Shown here: positions 40,801 through 53,980 of the stretch, piece after piece
Position numbering within the stretch: position 1 is the stretch's first letter
Layout of the letters: each line of letters opens with the position of its first letter
NCBI GenBank assembly: GCA_965644315.1
Contig: CBFFRQ010000049.1
Span: 62,001-126,000 of the forward strand
Origin: Caecitellus pseudoparvulus
Taxonomy: Eukaryota; Protista; Bigyra: Bicosoecida
Direction: 5' to 3'
Length of the DNA: 64,000 nucleotides
The notes under the pieces: generated by a model
Told to the model about the DNA's origin: nothing
Database searches by the model: none
Seen by the model: the letters and a program-made list of their open reading frames with translations, nothing else
Translations under genes and position numbers: made by a program

Positions 40801-43800
40801 CCCAGCTGCGTGAAAGCCATATCTCCGTGTGCAAGCACTTTGAAGAAGTGGACCCGTCATTCAGCCGCACACTGAACGGCGAAGACCCGTCGAGCGCACC
40901 CTCCTCGGCTGCAAGCAAGTCCAGTGACACACGAGCAGGGCCTGTGAGACCCTCTGCAGCAGCCCCTGCTCCAGCCCCTTCTCCTGCTCCTGTCAGCAAG
41001 CCAGCGGCTGCCACATCCAAACCAGCCACAGGCACGGCAGGGAGTGGCGACGAGACCCCTACACTCAAAGGAGCTGCCCGCCTGCGGCAGTTTATGTCCA
41101 AGAAGGGCCTGGGCGGCCAAGCAGGCGGCCCTGGACTGCTGCGCACCAATTCGGCCATGCTGGGCAAAAGTGCGGCGGCTGAGGCGATAGGAAAGCCATT
41201 CAGCACCCCCACCAGCAAGCGTCTAGGTCTAGGGACCTTGTCCAAGGCCTTGGGCCTGTTCACGTCTCCCAAGGCGCGGCGTGCGGCAGGGGCTGCTGTG
41301 GCTGGTGGGGCAGGCCGTGGCAGGGGCGGCCCCCGGCTTGGCCTGCGCACCATCTCCCAGTCCATTGGGCGGCCGGGGCAGAACGGTATTCCACGGTACA
41401 CGTTCGCCTCTCGAGCGGACCTGGACGCTGCGGCAGCCATGAGCTCCCTTGCGGAGGCCAGTGCTGCGTCGCGGCAAGGGCGCGGGGAGGCGGCAGGGGG
41501 CGAAGATTCCGGGCCAGGGGACACGGCTCCCGGCGGACGCTTTCCAGTGGCTTCCCGGAGGTTCGGAGCCGTGTCCCGGGCAGGCCTTCCGCTGCCATTG
41601 CCAGGGCCCACCCGGAACCCCGCGGGATGGGGAGGCCTTGCTGGGCGCATGCGGCACATCGCCATGCTTTCCCTCTTGCGATCAGGGTCAGAGTTCCGCC
41701 CCACGCCTGTGCGCCTGGTCACGGACTCATCGGTGAAGCAGGTGCAAGCTGTCGTGCAGAAGGTGTCCTTCCCCATCATCGGCACGTTCTACTTGCTTTC
41801 TTGGAAACACCTGCCGGACATGGAGCGGGCACTGGCGCGGGTCGGCCAGCCTGCCAGCACTCACAGCACCTCTCCCGAGCAGGGCAGCAGCTCCTTGAGT
41901 CACGCACCGGCCGGCGTGGGCACTCGCCGCACATCCGGCAAGCACCGTCGTCTGGCCAGTATCGCTGCCCCCTCTGCACTCCACGCTCCAGATGGCACAG
42001 GCTCAGAAGAAGGAGGCTCGCACAGCAGCCCTGACAGCAGAGCTCGGCCTGCCAGCACGCGTTCGAGGCAGCTGCCTCTGTCTCGCTCTCGCAACGGCTG
42101 GAAGAGCACCAGCCGCCGATCTGGGCAGGCCTCTGACCCAGGTTTGGGCGGCAGCAGCACCGCTGCTTCCAGCGACGGCATGGGGTCCCGCAAGCTGGGG
42201 GGCAGCCGTCAGCTGCTGGAGCACGGCTCCTTTTCGCGGCAGCTGAGCACTCGGCGCCGCGACTCGGCAGGTGCCCTGTCAACGTCGTCTTTGCATGACG
42301 TGCCGCCACAGCCGACGCACAACCGTGCAAGGTCCATGCCCTCGGTGGGGCACCTTCACGTGTCCTCTGTTGGCGGCGGCTCTCAGCTGCAGGGGGTGCA
42401 GGGGTCCTCCGGCGCCATCGCAGGGGATGGCGGGGCTGTGGCCTCTGTGCGGCGCACATCTCTTGCGCACCCCATGCCTCTGCAAGTCACGGTGGAGACG
42501 GATGGGCCCCCCAGCTCTGAAGGCGGCACCGGAGTGACGCCTGGTACGGCAGAGATCAAGTCACTGCCCCAAGGGAGCCCCCCCTTGGCGACCCCAGGGA
42601 GCGGGGGCGAGAGCCCGGGGGCTGGGGATGGCATTGTCGGTCCCGGTATCCGTCGACGCAAGAGCTTCAAGGTGGGCCAAGCAAGCCTAGGGGTCATCCA
42701 AGAGGGTGCACTGTCTCAACCTCAGCAGGGTGCAGAAAAGGGCGGGGCTCAGCCAGCTGCGCTGGTGCCGCTGGTGGCACCATCGGCCAGTGGGGCAGCT
42801 GATGCCAGCGGTGGTACTGGGATCGACGACTCGATTTTTGAGCTGAGCTTGCCGGCACAGCACAGCTCGGGAACGCCAACAGCGGCGGCAGGGGTGTCAG
42901 CGCCCTTGGCGAAGGCCACCTCATCCACGAGCCAGGCGTCCGATGCCCAGCTGGCAGGGCTGCAAGTAAGGCAGGAGACAGCCGGCCCCGACACTCCTGC
43001 GGCGACACCCGCAGCAAGCTCAGCTGTGCTGCCTTCGCAGCCGCCCGGGGGAGTGGCCATGGCGGATTTGGCTGCTTCTCCTGCCACTGAAACGGGCTCT
43101 CCATCGCACCGGAAGTCAGTCTCGTTTAACGCTGGCCGCTTGCCTTCCTCTGCGTTTCTGGCAGATGATGAAGCCCCGCCTGACAGCAAGGCAGCCCCTG
43201 GCAGTGGGGCAGGGAAGGCGCACGGCTCGCCAGTGTCCCGCGGCAGTAGGGGGCGTATTCGAGCCTCATCCAGCGCCGGGTCGTTGATGGACTCCCACGC
43301 TGCGGGCGCAGTGCTGGCCGACAAGGACCGGCGGTTAAGCGGCAGCAGGCGCAAGGCGGATGGCATCGGGCGCTATAAGGCTCCCAGCGGAACGAGTCTG
43401 GCCAGTGTTGGCAGCACTGGCAGCGGCAAGACGGGCAGGACACCTCTTGCGCAGGCCAGCAGTGGGTCGCGGGCAGACTCCCCTGCCCCACCTGCTCACT
43501 CGGGGTTGGTGTTCTCTGGTCGCCTGCACGCAGGCGGGGCAGATGCTGCTGCCATAAAGGACGCTTCGGAGGCGCAGGGTGGCGCAGTGCGCGTCATTCG
43601 CCGCATCGTGGAAGGCGGCCTGGAGTTCGAGGGCAGCATGGTCAACACGGTCTCGCGTTCAGTGTGTGTGGGCATCCTGCTCTTGCTGTGTGTTTCACTG
43701 GTCGTGCCCGCCCTTGACGAGGAAAGCATCCAAGAGTACAAGGCACTGGTGTCAGACATGGTGCATGTTGCCGACCTTGCGGCGCTGTCGGTGTCTGCAG

Positions 43801-46202
43801 CAGTGCAGCCCCTCGCACTGAACCCGCAACACACGAGCTTCCGCTGGGCGGCTGATGACGATGGGCCTGTGAACGCAGCAATCGCTGCCAACGCAACTCC
43901 AAGCGAGCTTGTGCGAGTGGACGGTGCCCTCACCTATGCTGCAGCTATGTTCAGCACCGTCACCATGCTTCTGCACGCCAGCATTGGGCAGCTGGCGGTT
44001 GCGCCGACTTTCATGGACTCCGATGCAGGCGAGGTGGTGGCTGGGACAATGCCACTGCGCACGGCATCGGGAGCAGAGGTGAACATGACTACCCTGCAGG
44101 CGTCAGCTTTCTTGTTCTCGTCCATGAAAGATGTTGCCCGCGTGGACGCCTCCCAGCTTGAAGAGAGCCACGCCGCCTTGCGTTTGCTGCAACACAATGG
44201 GCAGCATGTGCTCTCGGACCGCATGCAGGACCTGCAGCAGCGCCTGACCACCGAGGTTTCGCAGCAGTCCCGAACATACATCGCTTTGCTAGCGATCGTG
44301 TGGTCTATTCTGGCAATCTTCGCAGCTGGGGGTGCGATTTATGTCTCCACGGCGGTGCACGGTACCCTTGCGGCCAGGCGACGGGCCATCCTCACTCTGT
44401 TCCCAGCCATCTCCCAAGACCAAGTGAAGGCACTGCGGGAGGATGCTGAGTTGAAACTGGGGTGGTGTGTGCGTCAGCAACAACGCGCCGCTGGCATGGA
44501 TGCGGGGGAGGGAGAGGCGGGCCCCCATATCCTGGATCTTCTGGCAGACGCCGCAGCTGCCTCTTCTGCTCACGCACACGCCGGCCTGCAAGCGGCTAAG
44601 GCCCCACACGTGGCTTCGAGCTTGTCGCAGCGCAGCGCCAGCCGAGGAGGCAGCTCACCAGCGTCCCGTGACGAGTCACTGGAGGGCAAGGTGGGCGGCA
44701 GGCGGGCCTCCACTGGGGCCGGCTCTGAACCACGGAAATTTGGGCGCGGCCCTGCCCGCCTGGCCTCCACGCTGTCAGTTGCTGCCCGCTACGCTGCACC
44801 TGGTGCCGGGAGGCGGGCTGGCAACCCTCTAGCAGGCGGCGACTCCCCGGAGCGGTCGTCCCCCCTTCGTTCAGCAGCAGTTGTCGGCAGTCCTGTCCGC
44901 ATGCTGGAGGATGTGGTGGACCCCCGCAGCCCCGGCACGCCCATCAAGTTGCATGCTGACAGTGGCAGGCTGTCTGATCGACGTGGCGCTGTGGGCAAGG
45001 TGCGCAGCATCAGCGGCGCGCCTTCTGGGCGCAGTCGCGTCATGAGCGAAGGGGGTGCAAGTATGCTAGACGATGGTGAGGATGCGTTCGCGGCAACCTC
45101 CGGCCGCACGACAGTGCGCCAGTTCGCCTTTGACAACCAAGTGCGCAAGCGCATCATTCAGTCGTCAGTGATTGCCATTGTCGCACTCGTGTGTGGCATC
45201 ATCGGCACCGTCGTGCCAGTCGTGCTGCGGGTAGAAGCGCTGCAAGCCACTGATCGCCTATTCCTGGCCGCCCGCATGCAGGTGACATCCGCACGCCTCT
45301 CCGCCCTGCTCATCTCTGCCGTGCCAGGGGAGGGAGGGGTGCCACTCTCCTCCTACAACAGGATTACCCAGCAGGTGCCTGCCTTGTACACGAGCCTCTC
45401 TACTGATACGGCCACGCTGCTGCACGGCTCTGGGCAAGGGGATGGGCCCACCGCCGGGCGCAGCCTCCCAGAGCTCCCCGTGGGAAGCGTGACATACCAC
45501 ATTTTGCTTGACGATGCTTGTGTCCCGGAAGCCCAAGACCCTGTCTTTGCACCCCGCTCGTGCGCCAGTGTGGCAGAGGGAGCGCTGGGAGAGGGCCTTG
45601 TGGCTGGGACAACCTTCTACACATCTTTGGCCGCAGACATCGCTGCTACACTCAGCAGAAGTCGAGCCGCTGACCCAGAAGCGGATCCAGTGCCGTTCAA
45701 TGCGTCTGTGTACATTGCATCAGGGCCACAGCCAGCTCAGGGGGAGCCCACCAATAGGGGGCGCCTGCGATCCCTCTTGTCTCTGGACCTACCCCACTTC
45801 CGTGGCGTCTTGCGCTCCGTCACACGCATCCAAGCCGCGGAGTTCCACACCAAGTTGGATTCTCTCACACGGGCCGAGTCAGTGGCATTGTGGAGCAACA
45901 TCGCCTGCAGCCTGCTAGCAGCCCTGCTGACGTTGGTGCCCATTGCACGCCTCGCCTCGGCAGAGGTCAATGATGCACGTGTGCTCCTGATGACGTTCCC
46001 CGACGGAGTGGTGGCGGGTATACCTGCTGCCTTGGAAGCCATGCGGGCAGTGAATGCGCTGTACGCAGCGCACATCTCCGGCGGCTTTGCCGGCACCAGC
46101 AAGCGAGCTCGCCAGGCAGCCAGTTCCAGCATTGGCCAGGCTCAAGACCACACTGGCGGCCCTGCCTCACCCCTCACTGCAGAGGAGTCAAACTTGGGAT
46201 AG
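37808..46202 (+). CDS. TmcB/TmcC-like large multi-pass membrane PAS-domain protein; spliced
   Basis: Exons from ATG 37808 (..ALFG|VLFLAAK..), a 16-nt microexon at 38246-38261, and a main exon from 38344. Multiple N-terminal TMs, helical block (SYGSFLLNLMRN), PAS (VNSACTRLF..ELLGQNMDCLLPHPIAPVHD), and C-terminal TM pairs with LL..P motifs. Confidence 0.8.
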
Positions 46203-46242
46203 TGCTTTCCATCTTGCAGCGCAAATTCACACCTTTCTCGTA

Positions 46243-47430
46243 TCATCCCGCACTCACTACCTGCGCAGGGGAGGTGGGGCTTTCCCCGCTCCACACGCTG
46301 AAGCCGACCAGCACCATAGCTGCAGCAAGCACCAAGCCGACAGCCTGAGCAACTGAAACACGCCAAGCTGCTGCCACACATGCAGCATGGCAGGCAGCCA
46401 TGCGGCTTTTGAGTGACTCCGGGCAGCAACAGCCCCACATGCACTGGGCAAGCGATGCTGCTGCGCTGCACAGCCAGCCAGCTGCAACACACGCTGAACG
46501 AACGAGGCATGAGCAGTACTGCATGGCCGGGCAATCACAGGGGCCACCTTGTGAGGTGCAGGTCCTCCAGGCGGCAGTGAGTCGCTGCTTCAACAGAGCC
46601 AAGCAAGGGGCCAGCAGCCACACGAGAGTAAGCAGCGCCGAGTGCGACGGCATGCCTCCAGGTGCCGGTGCATCGCCAGTGAGACTGGAACCACTAAAGA
46701 GCTGCTCAGAGGGCTGTGAAGGAGGCGCCACCCCTCCCCACTGCCCGGCTAGCCAGCCACTCCAGGAAGCACTGGGCTGAGATTCTGGGGCTGGCGGGAC
46801 TGCTTGTAGGAGTAGGTCTGGGTTGGTACCCCCTGCAGGAGAGGGTGGCACTGGCACAGCCGATTGCTGCAAGCTGGCACCCAAAGCCGAAGCCCTACCC
46901 ACTCCAACGCTCGCAGCCCACTGCGCATCGGCAGCGCCAAGCGCAGAGGGCCGGGACAAAGCAGCCTTGATTGGGGTGGCTACCCGCGAGGCAGCTGTGG
47001 CTAGGGCGGAGCCACTGCGGTCGAGAAAAGCGCCCCCCACTGCCAGAGCATCGAAAACTGAATGTGCTGGTCGTGGTGGGCTTGCGGCCCGGTCATCCCC
47101 GGGGCGGGCACTCTCGTCCGACAGCTGAGCTGGCGCAGTGCTGTGGCTCGCCGATTCCTGCGCTTCCCCGCCCGCAAAGTCCTGCAATTCCTTCATGTAC
47201 TGAGCATGAAGAGAAGGCCTACTTGGCGTGCCACTCGGTGCTGCAGCAGGGGGCTCACTTTTTCCACCAGGTTCAGCGGCAGTGGGTCTTGCTGGTGCAG
47301 CCGGGGGCTGTGCGGAAATTGCTTCCCCTTCCTGCTCAATGCGCAGCCTGTCCATGTTCAACGCTGCCACGCCTTGGGTGAGAGAGGAAAGCACCCCTCC
47401 TGCCAGACCTGATGACCAAAAATCGGTCAT
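46243..47430 (-). CDS. Hypothetical disordered protein with Cys-rich, hydrophobic C-terminus (possible membrane anchor)
   Basis: 395-codon ATG ORF with terminal hydrophobic helix AVGLVLAAAMVLVGFSVW. Confidence 0.55.
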   Translation of the reverse strand: MTDFWSSGLAGGVLSSLTQGVAALNMDRLRIEQEGEAISAQPPAAPARPTAAEPGGKSEPPAAAPSGTPSRPSLHAQYMKELQDFAGGEAQESASHSTAPAQLSDESARPGDDRAASPPRPAHSVFDALAVGGAFLDRSGSALATAASRVATPIKAALSRPSALGAADAQWAASVGVGRASALGASLQQSAVPVPPSPAGGTNPDLLLQAVPPAPESQPSASWSGWLAGQWGGVAPPSQPSEQLFSGSSLTGDAPAPGGMPSHSALLTLVWLLAPCLALLKQRLTAAWRTCTSQGGPCDCPAMQYCSCLVRSACVAAGWLCSAAASLAQCMWGCCCPESLKSRMAACHAACVAAAWRVSVAQAVGLVLAAAMVLVGFSVWSGESPTSPAQVVSAG

Positions 47431-47889
47431 GACTCCTCAGGGCCTCCAGGGGGCGTGCTGGCCAGACATGCAGGGCTTGGCGCCCTGCTCTGCTGGTTGG
47501 CCGCCAAGCCCTGGTCTGCTGCCCCACGTACCGGCTCCGGCGCTGTGTCTGCAGCGCAGACCTGGCGTGCAAGGTGCCAACCAAACAAGACGCCACACCA
47601 CACAGTGGAAGAATATGTGGTGGTGTTGCGTTGGTCACTCGAAGTGTTTGCCTGGTGCGCAGGTTGCCACTGGATGACAGCTGCGCCACTTGGCGCATTC
47701 GAGAGCAGTATTCCCCCCTCAAGGGTGCTACTCGGCAGAGGTGGGCCATTGGGGGGCACGTGAACCACCCTGCTCTAAGATAAACCCACGGCTCACTTTC
47801 TAATCCTCACCCACACGTTGTGTTGCTGCTGTCACGTAGCTGCGTATTTCCTGAGTCCAGCTCACCACGCCTGCACTCAACCCAGAATC

Positions 47890-49424
47890 ATGGCTGCTGT
47901 CGCCCGTGCCGCCCGCGGCGCTGTGCGCGCTGTTTCCGCCGCTGCTGGCATGCACCCTGTACGTTTTCCTCGCACACCACAGGGGGTGTCCCCCATGCGG
48001 GCGTGATGCGTGTGGCGTCCATCACACGCGCTGTGCGCTGCCTCGTTCCACAGGCCACCAGCTGCATCGGTGCCGTGCGCCACCTGAACCTGCACGAGTA
48101 CCAGAGCAAGGACCTCATGGAGAAGTTTGGTGTGAAGGTGCAGAAGGGCAAGATGGCGGAGTCTTCCCAGGGCGCCTTTGAAGTCGCCAAGTGGGTGAAG
48201 GATGCCAGTACGTGTCGGCAGCGAGGGTGCGGGGTTTGGCGCGCACCACCTCGACGTGCCTTGCACTGCGCGCAGACCCCTCCGCTGAATTGATCCTCAA
48301 GGCCCAGATTCACGCCGGTGGGCGTGGAAAGGGCCACTTTGACAATGGCTTCAAGGGCGGCGTGCAGATTTGCGACACGTGCGTCCACCTGTGCTGCCGC
48401 TTCGGTTGGCCCCGCCAGCACCCACCTAGCCTTCCACCCCCACAGCCCCGAGGAGGTGCAGGAGAAGTCTGGCCAGATGCTTGGCGCAAAGCTCGTGACC
48501 AAGCAAACTGGACCCGAGGGTCAGCTGTGCGCCAAGGTGCTTGTGAACGAGGGCATTGACATCAAGCGCGAGACGTACTTCGCCATCCTGCTGGACCGCG
48601 CCCACGGCGGGCCTGTCGTCGTGGCATCCACACAAGGTGGCATGGACATCGAGGAGGTGGCAGAGAAGACCCCTGAAGCCATCATCACCATGCCCGTGGA
48701 CATCGGCATCGGCATGACTGACGAGCAGGCCGCCTCCCTCGCTGAGCAGCTGGAGTTCACCGGAGACCTGGCCGCTCCTGCCGCGGCGCAGTTCAAGGCC
48801 CTGTATGCTCTCTTTGCCGGCACCGACGCGACGCAGGTCGAGATTAACCCCCTCGCACACGGCTCTGTGCCTGGTGGGGAGCAGGATGTCGTCTTTGCCG
48901 TGGACGCCAAGCTGAACTTCGACGACAGCGCCGCCTTCCGCCAGGCCGACATCTTCAGCCTGCGAGACAAGAGCATGGAGGATCCCCGGGATGTGCGCGC
49001 CGAGGCGGCAGACCTGAACTACATCGGGCTGGACGGCAACATTGGCTGCATGGTGAACGGCGCAGGGCTGGCCATGTCCACCATGGACATCATCAAGCTG
49101 CACGGCGGCGAACCCGCCAACTTCCTCGACGTCGGCGGCGGCGCCACCGCGGACCAGGTCACTGAGGCCTTCAAGATCCTCACTTCCGACTCCAATGTCA
49201 AGGCGCTGCTGGTGAACATTTTCGGCGGCATCATGCGCTGCGACACCATCGCAGAGGGCATTGTGCAGGCAGCCAAGGAGGTGGGCCTCACCATCCCCCT
49301 CATTGTGCGCCTGGAGGGCACCAACGTCGAGCAGGGCAAGCAAATCCTGGCAGACTCGGGGCTGGACATCACCGCAGCAGGCGACTTGGATGATGCAGCA
49401 AAGAAGGCTGTCGCTGCTGTGTAG
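47890..49424 (+). CDS. Succinyl-CoA ligase beta subunit, mitochondrial; spliced
   Basis: Arg/Ala presequence; [51 protein letters not shown] and [10 protein letters not shown]. Three 5' introns. ADP versus GDP specificity not resolved. Confidence 0.97.
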
Positions 49425-49758
49425 GCGCTCGGTTGCCCGGGCCACCCCCCCCTCACACCCCAGCGAAATGCACCAGACTCCGTGCCTTGCATTCTCCATG
49501 CCCCTGCAAACCCTCACACCACCAGAGACAGCACGCCACACCCACTCTCACCCACACAACGTGCTGTTGTGCCCTCAAGTCTCTTCCTGTGCAGCAACGT
49601 GTGAGTGCCCTTGCCGCGGTGTGGCTCGGCGTGAAGCATTTGGCCCAACGCCACTGCATTCAAATGCCGTCCCTCACTCCAACGCCGCCTGCCGCCACCC
49701 CTCCGCAGCTTGCACGCTGACAGATTGGAGCAACACAACATCACCACTCTGGAGAAAC

Positions 49759-52627
49759 ATGTCGTATGTTATCAAGCGCGGCGGCCAGAAGGAGCCCATC
49801 CATTTTGACAAAGTGACGGCTCGCATCTCCACTCTCACCAACGGCCTCGATGCTGCCGTGGACCCTGTACGTGCACAGCTCCGCGGTGGCCGAGGTCTGA
49901 CTGGCCTAATGGCACGCCGATGTTAAAAATTTGCTTCTGTATCGTTGCTTCCCCTGCTTGTGCCCGGTGCAGGTCATGGTGGCCCAGCGCGTGATCAGCG
50001 GCATTTACCCTGGCGTGACAACTGAGGAACTCGACATGCTGGGCGCTGAGACAGGTGCGTGTGCGCTCCCACACACCAAACGATAGTAAATCAACACAGT
50101 GTCCCCATGGACGCGTCTTGTGAGGCGCGGCATGCGTTCTTCGTGTCTCACGTCACTCCCTTTGTGTGGCGTTGGCAACGGCCTCCCGTGCGCGCAACAT
50201 TTGAATCAATCCGCACCACTGCTTCCCGCAGCTGCGTACGCCGCCACCCTGCACCCGGACTATGCTCTGCTGGCCGGCCGCATCTGCGTCTCCAATCTTC
50301 ACAAGAAGACCAACCCAGAGTTCGCTGAGGTCGCGCAGGCACTGCGTGACTACGTTCACCCCAAGGTGAGCGTGGTTGCAAGAGCACCGGCGCCGCCCGC
50401 CAAGCACCACACTGCGCCATCGTTGCCTGCGCAGACTGGCGCTCCAGCGCCCCTCATGAGCGCCGCAGTGAACGACATTGTGCAAGCAAACAAGGAGCGC
50501 CTGCAGGCTGCCATCGACTACGACCGTGACTACATGTTCGACTTTTTCGGCTTCAAGACGCTGGAGCGGTCGTACCTGCTCAAGATGCACGGCAAGATTG
50601 CTGAGCGCCCCCAGCACATGTACATGCGCGTTGCCCTGGGCATCCACGGAGAGGATGTGGATGCGGCCATCGAGACGTACAACCTCATGTCCCTGCGATA
50701 CTTCACGCACGCGACGCCGACGCTGTTCAACGCCGGCACCGACCGCCCGCAGCTGTCCAGCTGCTTCTTGCTCACCATGAAGGGGGACAGCATTGACGGC
50801 ATTTACGACACGCTGAAGCAGTGCGCCTGCATCTCCAAGTTCGCTGGCGGCATCGGGCTGTCCATCCACAACATTCGGGCCACCGACAGCTACATCCGCG
50901 GCACCAACGGCTCCAGCAACGGCATTGTGCCCATGCTGCGTGTCTTCTCCAACACTGCGCGGTACGTGGACCAGGGCGGAGGCAAGCGCAAGGGCTCCTT
51001 CGCTGTGTACTTGGAGCCCTGGCACGCCGACATTCTGTCCTTCCTGGACCTGAAGAAGAACCATGGCAAGGAGGAGGCCCGTGCGCGCGACCTGTTCTAC
51101 GCTCTGTGGGTGCCAGACCTGTTCATGAAGCGCGTGCAGGCCGGCGGCACGTGGACCCTCATGTGCCCCAACGAGTGCCCCGGCCTCGCTGACTGCTGGG
51201 GGGACGAGTTCGAGGCCTTGTACGAGAAGTACGAGGCGGAGGGTCGAGGGCGCAAGACCATGGACGCTCAGAAGCTCTGGTATGCCGTGCTGGACAGCCA
51301 GATCGAGACTGGCACCCCATACATCTTGTACAAGGATGCCTGCAACCGCAAGAGCAACCAGCAGCACCTGGGCACCATCAAGTCCTCCAACCTGTGCACT
51401 GAGATTGTGGAGTACACCGCTCCCGACGAGGTCGCTGTGTGTAACCTGGCCTCCATCGCACTGCCCATGTTCGTCAAGGACGCTGAAGAGGGCGAGGCTG
51501 CTGCGGCAGCAGCCGCTAGCACTGGCAGCAAGGTCTTTGACTTTGAGCTTCTGGAGCGCATCACCCGCGTGGCCACGAAGAACCTGAACAAAGTCATCGA
51601 CGTCAACTACTACCCCGTGCCCGAGGCCCGCAAGTCCAACATGCGCCACCGCCCCGTGGGTATTGGTGTGCAGGGACTGGCGGATGTCTTTGCACTCATG
51701 CGCATGCCCTTCGACTCCCCCGAGGCCAAGGCTTTGAACCGGGACATCTTCGAGACCATGTACTACGGCGCCGTTGCAGCCTCCATCGAGGTCGCGGCAG
51801 TGGACGGCCCGTACGAGACGTACGAAGGCTCCCCTGCCTCGCAGGGCAAGCTGCAGTTCGACCTGTGGGGTGTCACACCCTCTGAGCGCCACGACTGGGC
51901 CGGGCTGAAGGCGGAGCTGGCCAAGCACGGCATGCGCAACTCCCTCCTCCTGGCGCCCATGCCTACAGCCTCCACCGCGCAGATCCTGGGGAACAACGAG
52001 GCCACCGAGCCATTCACCTCCAACATCTACAACCGGCGAGTGCTGGCTGGCGACTTCACCGTCGTGAACAAGCATATGATGCGGGACCTCATCGCCCTGG
52101 ACATGTGGACTCCTGAAATCCGCAACTTGGTCATCGCCCACCGCGGAAGCATCCAGAACATCCCCGGCATTCCAGACCACATCAAGGCCCTCTACAAGAC
52201 AGTGTGGGAAATCAAGCAGCGTGTGCTGCTGGACATGGCAGCTGACCGCGCTCCATTCATCTGCCAGTCGCAGTCCATGAACCTACACATTGCCGACCCT
52301 ACTCACGGAAAGCTCACGGGTGCCCATTTCCACTCCTGGAAGCTGGGCTTGAAGACTGGCATGTACTACCTGCGCACCCGACCTAAGGCAGATGCCATCC
52401 AGTTCACCGTGGACCAGCAGCTGGCGGCTCAGACTCTCGCGAAAGAGTCGGCTTCCGCTGCCTCAAGCAAGGCTGTCATGCCTGCTACGCCCCCTCGAGT
52501 GCCCTCTGGCTCTGACACCATCTCTCCCTCCCAAGACCCTGCTGGCAGTGCCTCCAAGCCAGCCGCATGTGTCTGGCGCCCAAAGCACCTGCGGGATGAC
52601 GAGGAGTGCCTGATGTGCGGGTCGTAA
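49759..52627 (+). CDS. RRM1: Ribonucleoside-diphosphate reductase large subunit (class Ia); spliced
   Basis: ATP cone (VIKRGG..FDK), [39 protein letters not shown] and C-terminal CLMCGS. Three 5' introns. Confidence 0.98.
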
Positions 52628-52800
52628 GCTGGAGCACTGAGTGTGCGTGGGTATGGACGCTGCGCAGTCGGACTGCCGGGTCATATCCCTTATCAGCAAC
52701 TGCTGCCCCTTTTTTACCTTATGCGCGAACGTTCCGTGGCTGGTCTTGCTGGCCTGCCTCTGGGGCCTTTGGTACAATGAACTGCTTCTGTGAGGCTCGT

Positions 52801-53975
52801 ATGGTGTGGGTTGTCGTCCTGCTCGCGCTGCTCATGGTGAATGCCGCTCAGGGGCGTGTTGCCCTTGTGCTGGGCAGTGGAGGGCTTGTTGGGAGCGGCT
52901 TGGTTGCCCGCTTGCGGGATCGAGGTTGGCAGGTGCAGGAGGTGAGCCGGAGTCAACGTCCAGGCGTATCGTGAAGGCTTTGGTACCATCACCTCCACCA
53001 CCTGCGCAGGTCACAGGTCGCAAGCACATCGACCTCCGCCGGGCAGGAGCCCTGGATAGATTCAAGTACGTGTCAAAGTGGCGTCTCAGAGACACCTTTG
53101 CTCGGCCACGGCTCGTGAACCTGGTGCAATCCTGCCGTCCTCGCAGTCCTGCGGAAATTGACATGGTCTACTTTTTGGCGTGTGAAGTGGGGGGCTCCAA
53201 GTACCTGTACGGACATGAGAAGCAGGCACAGATTGAAGTGCTCCGACACAACATGCAGATCTACGAAGTGGTGTGGCCGTGGATTCAGGAGCACGCCTTG
53301 AAGGCAGTCTTTGTCTCTTCACAGCTGCAGGCTGAAGCGACACCCTACGGCGCCGTAAAGCGCCTTGGCGAAGCCTGGGCGGCTCAAGTGCCTACCGCTC
53401 GCACCGTGCGGCTGTGGAATGTGTACGGGCGGGAGAGGGAAGGCGTGAAGAGCCACGTCATCAACGATTGGGTGGTGGCGTGCCTGCGCCATGGAGAGGT
53501 GCACGCGCTGACAAACGGCAAGGAGGCTCGGCAGTTCCTGCACACCCTTGACGCAGCTGACGCCTTTGTCAGCATGGCAGAAGCGTGGGACATCGTGCCT
53601 TCAGTGGTGGACCTCACCACAGGGCAGTGGACGCCGCTGACGGCACTTGCTTCCAGCATCCAGCTGGCGCTGCAGGAGTCTGGGCGGGGCAACTGCACTT
53701 TCCACTGGGCGGCGCGCGAAGCAAAGGGGAACATCCGCCGCCGGGCTCCCGTGCTGTCCTCTGCATTCCACTTGCACCACCTCGGCGTTTGGTCACACCT
53801 CCAGGCAGCCGGCGTTGGCGCACAGGTGGAGGCCGACATTGACGCTTTCGTCGCCCAAGGCAGACACCATGTGCTTGGCTCCAGGTCACTTCTAGCCGGC
53901 GTGAAGCAAGTCATCCAAGAAATTCTGGATGAGAGCCAGAAGACTCTGCCCTCCGCCGATCAGACTGAGCTGTAG
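52801..53975 (+). CDS. NAD-dependent epimerase/dehydratase (extended SDR) with N-terminal signal peptide/anchor; spliced
   Basis: MVWVVVLLALLMVNAAQG then LVLGSGGLVG; DLR, LACEVGGSKYL, SSQ, YGAVK, NVYG and RQFLH. Introns 52942-53009 and about 53066-53146. Confidence 0.85.
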
Positions 53976-53980
53976 GCCTG

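Noticed and set aside
50366-50434. Apparent in-frame insertions in RRM1, the PDK1-like kinase (30967-31035) and DNAI2 (4716-4790), suggestive of inteins
   Set aside because: They are stop-free GT-AG introns with lengths divisible by 3 (69-75 nt); no intein motifs.
48426-52180. Long antisense ORFs opposite SCS-beta (371 aa) and RRM1 (675 aa); similar ones at 2384-3748 and 17716-19269
   Set aside because: Shadow frames expected from high GC and strong codon bias; no motifs.
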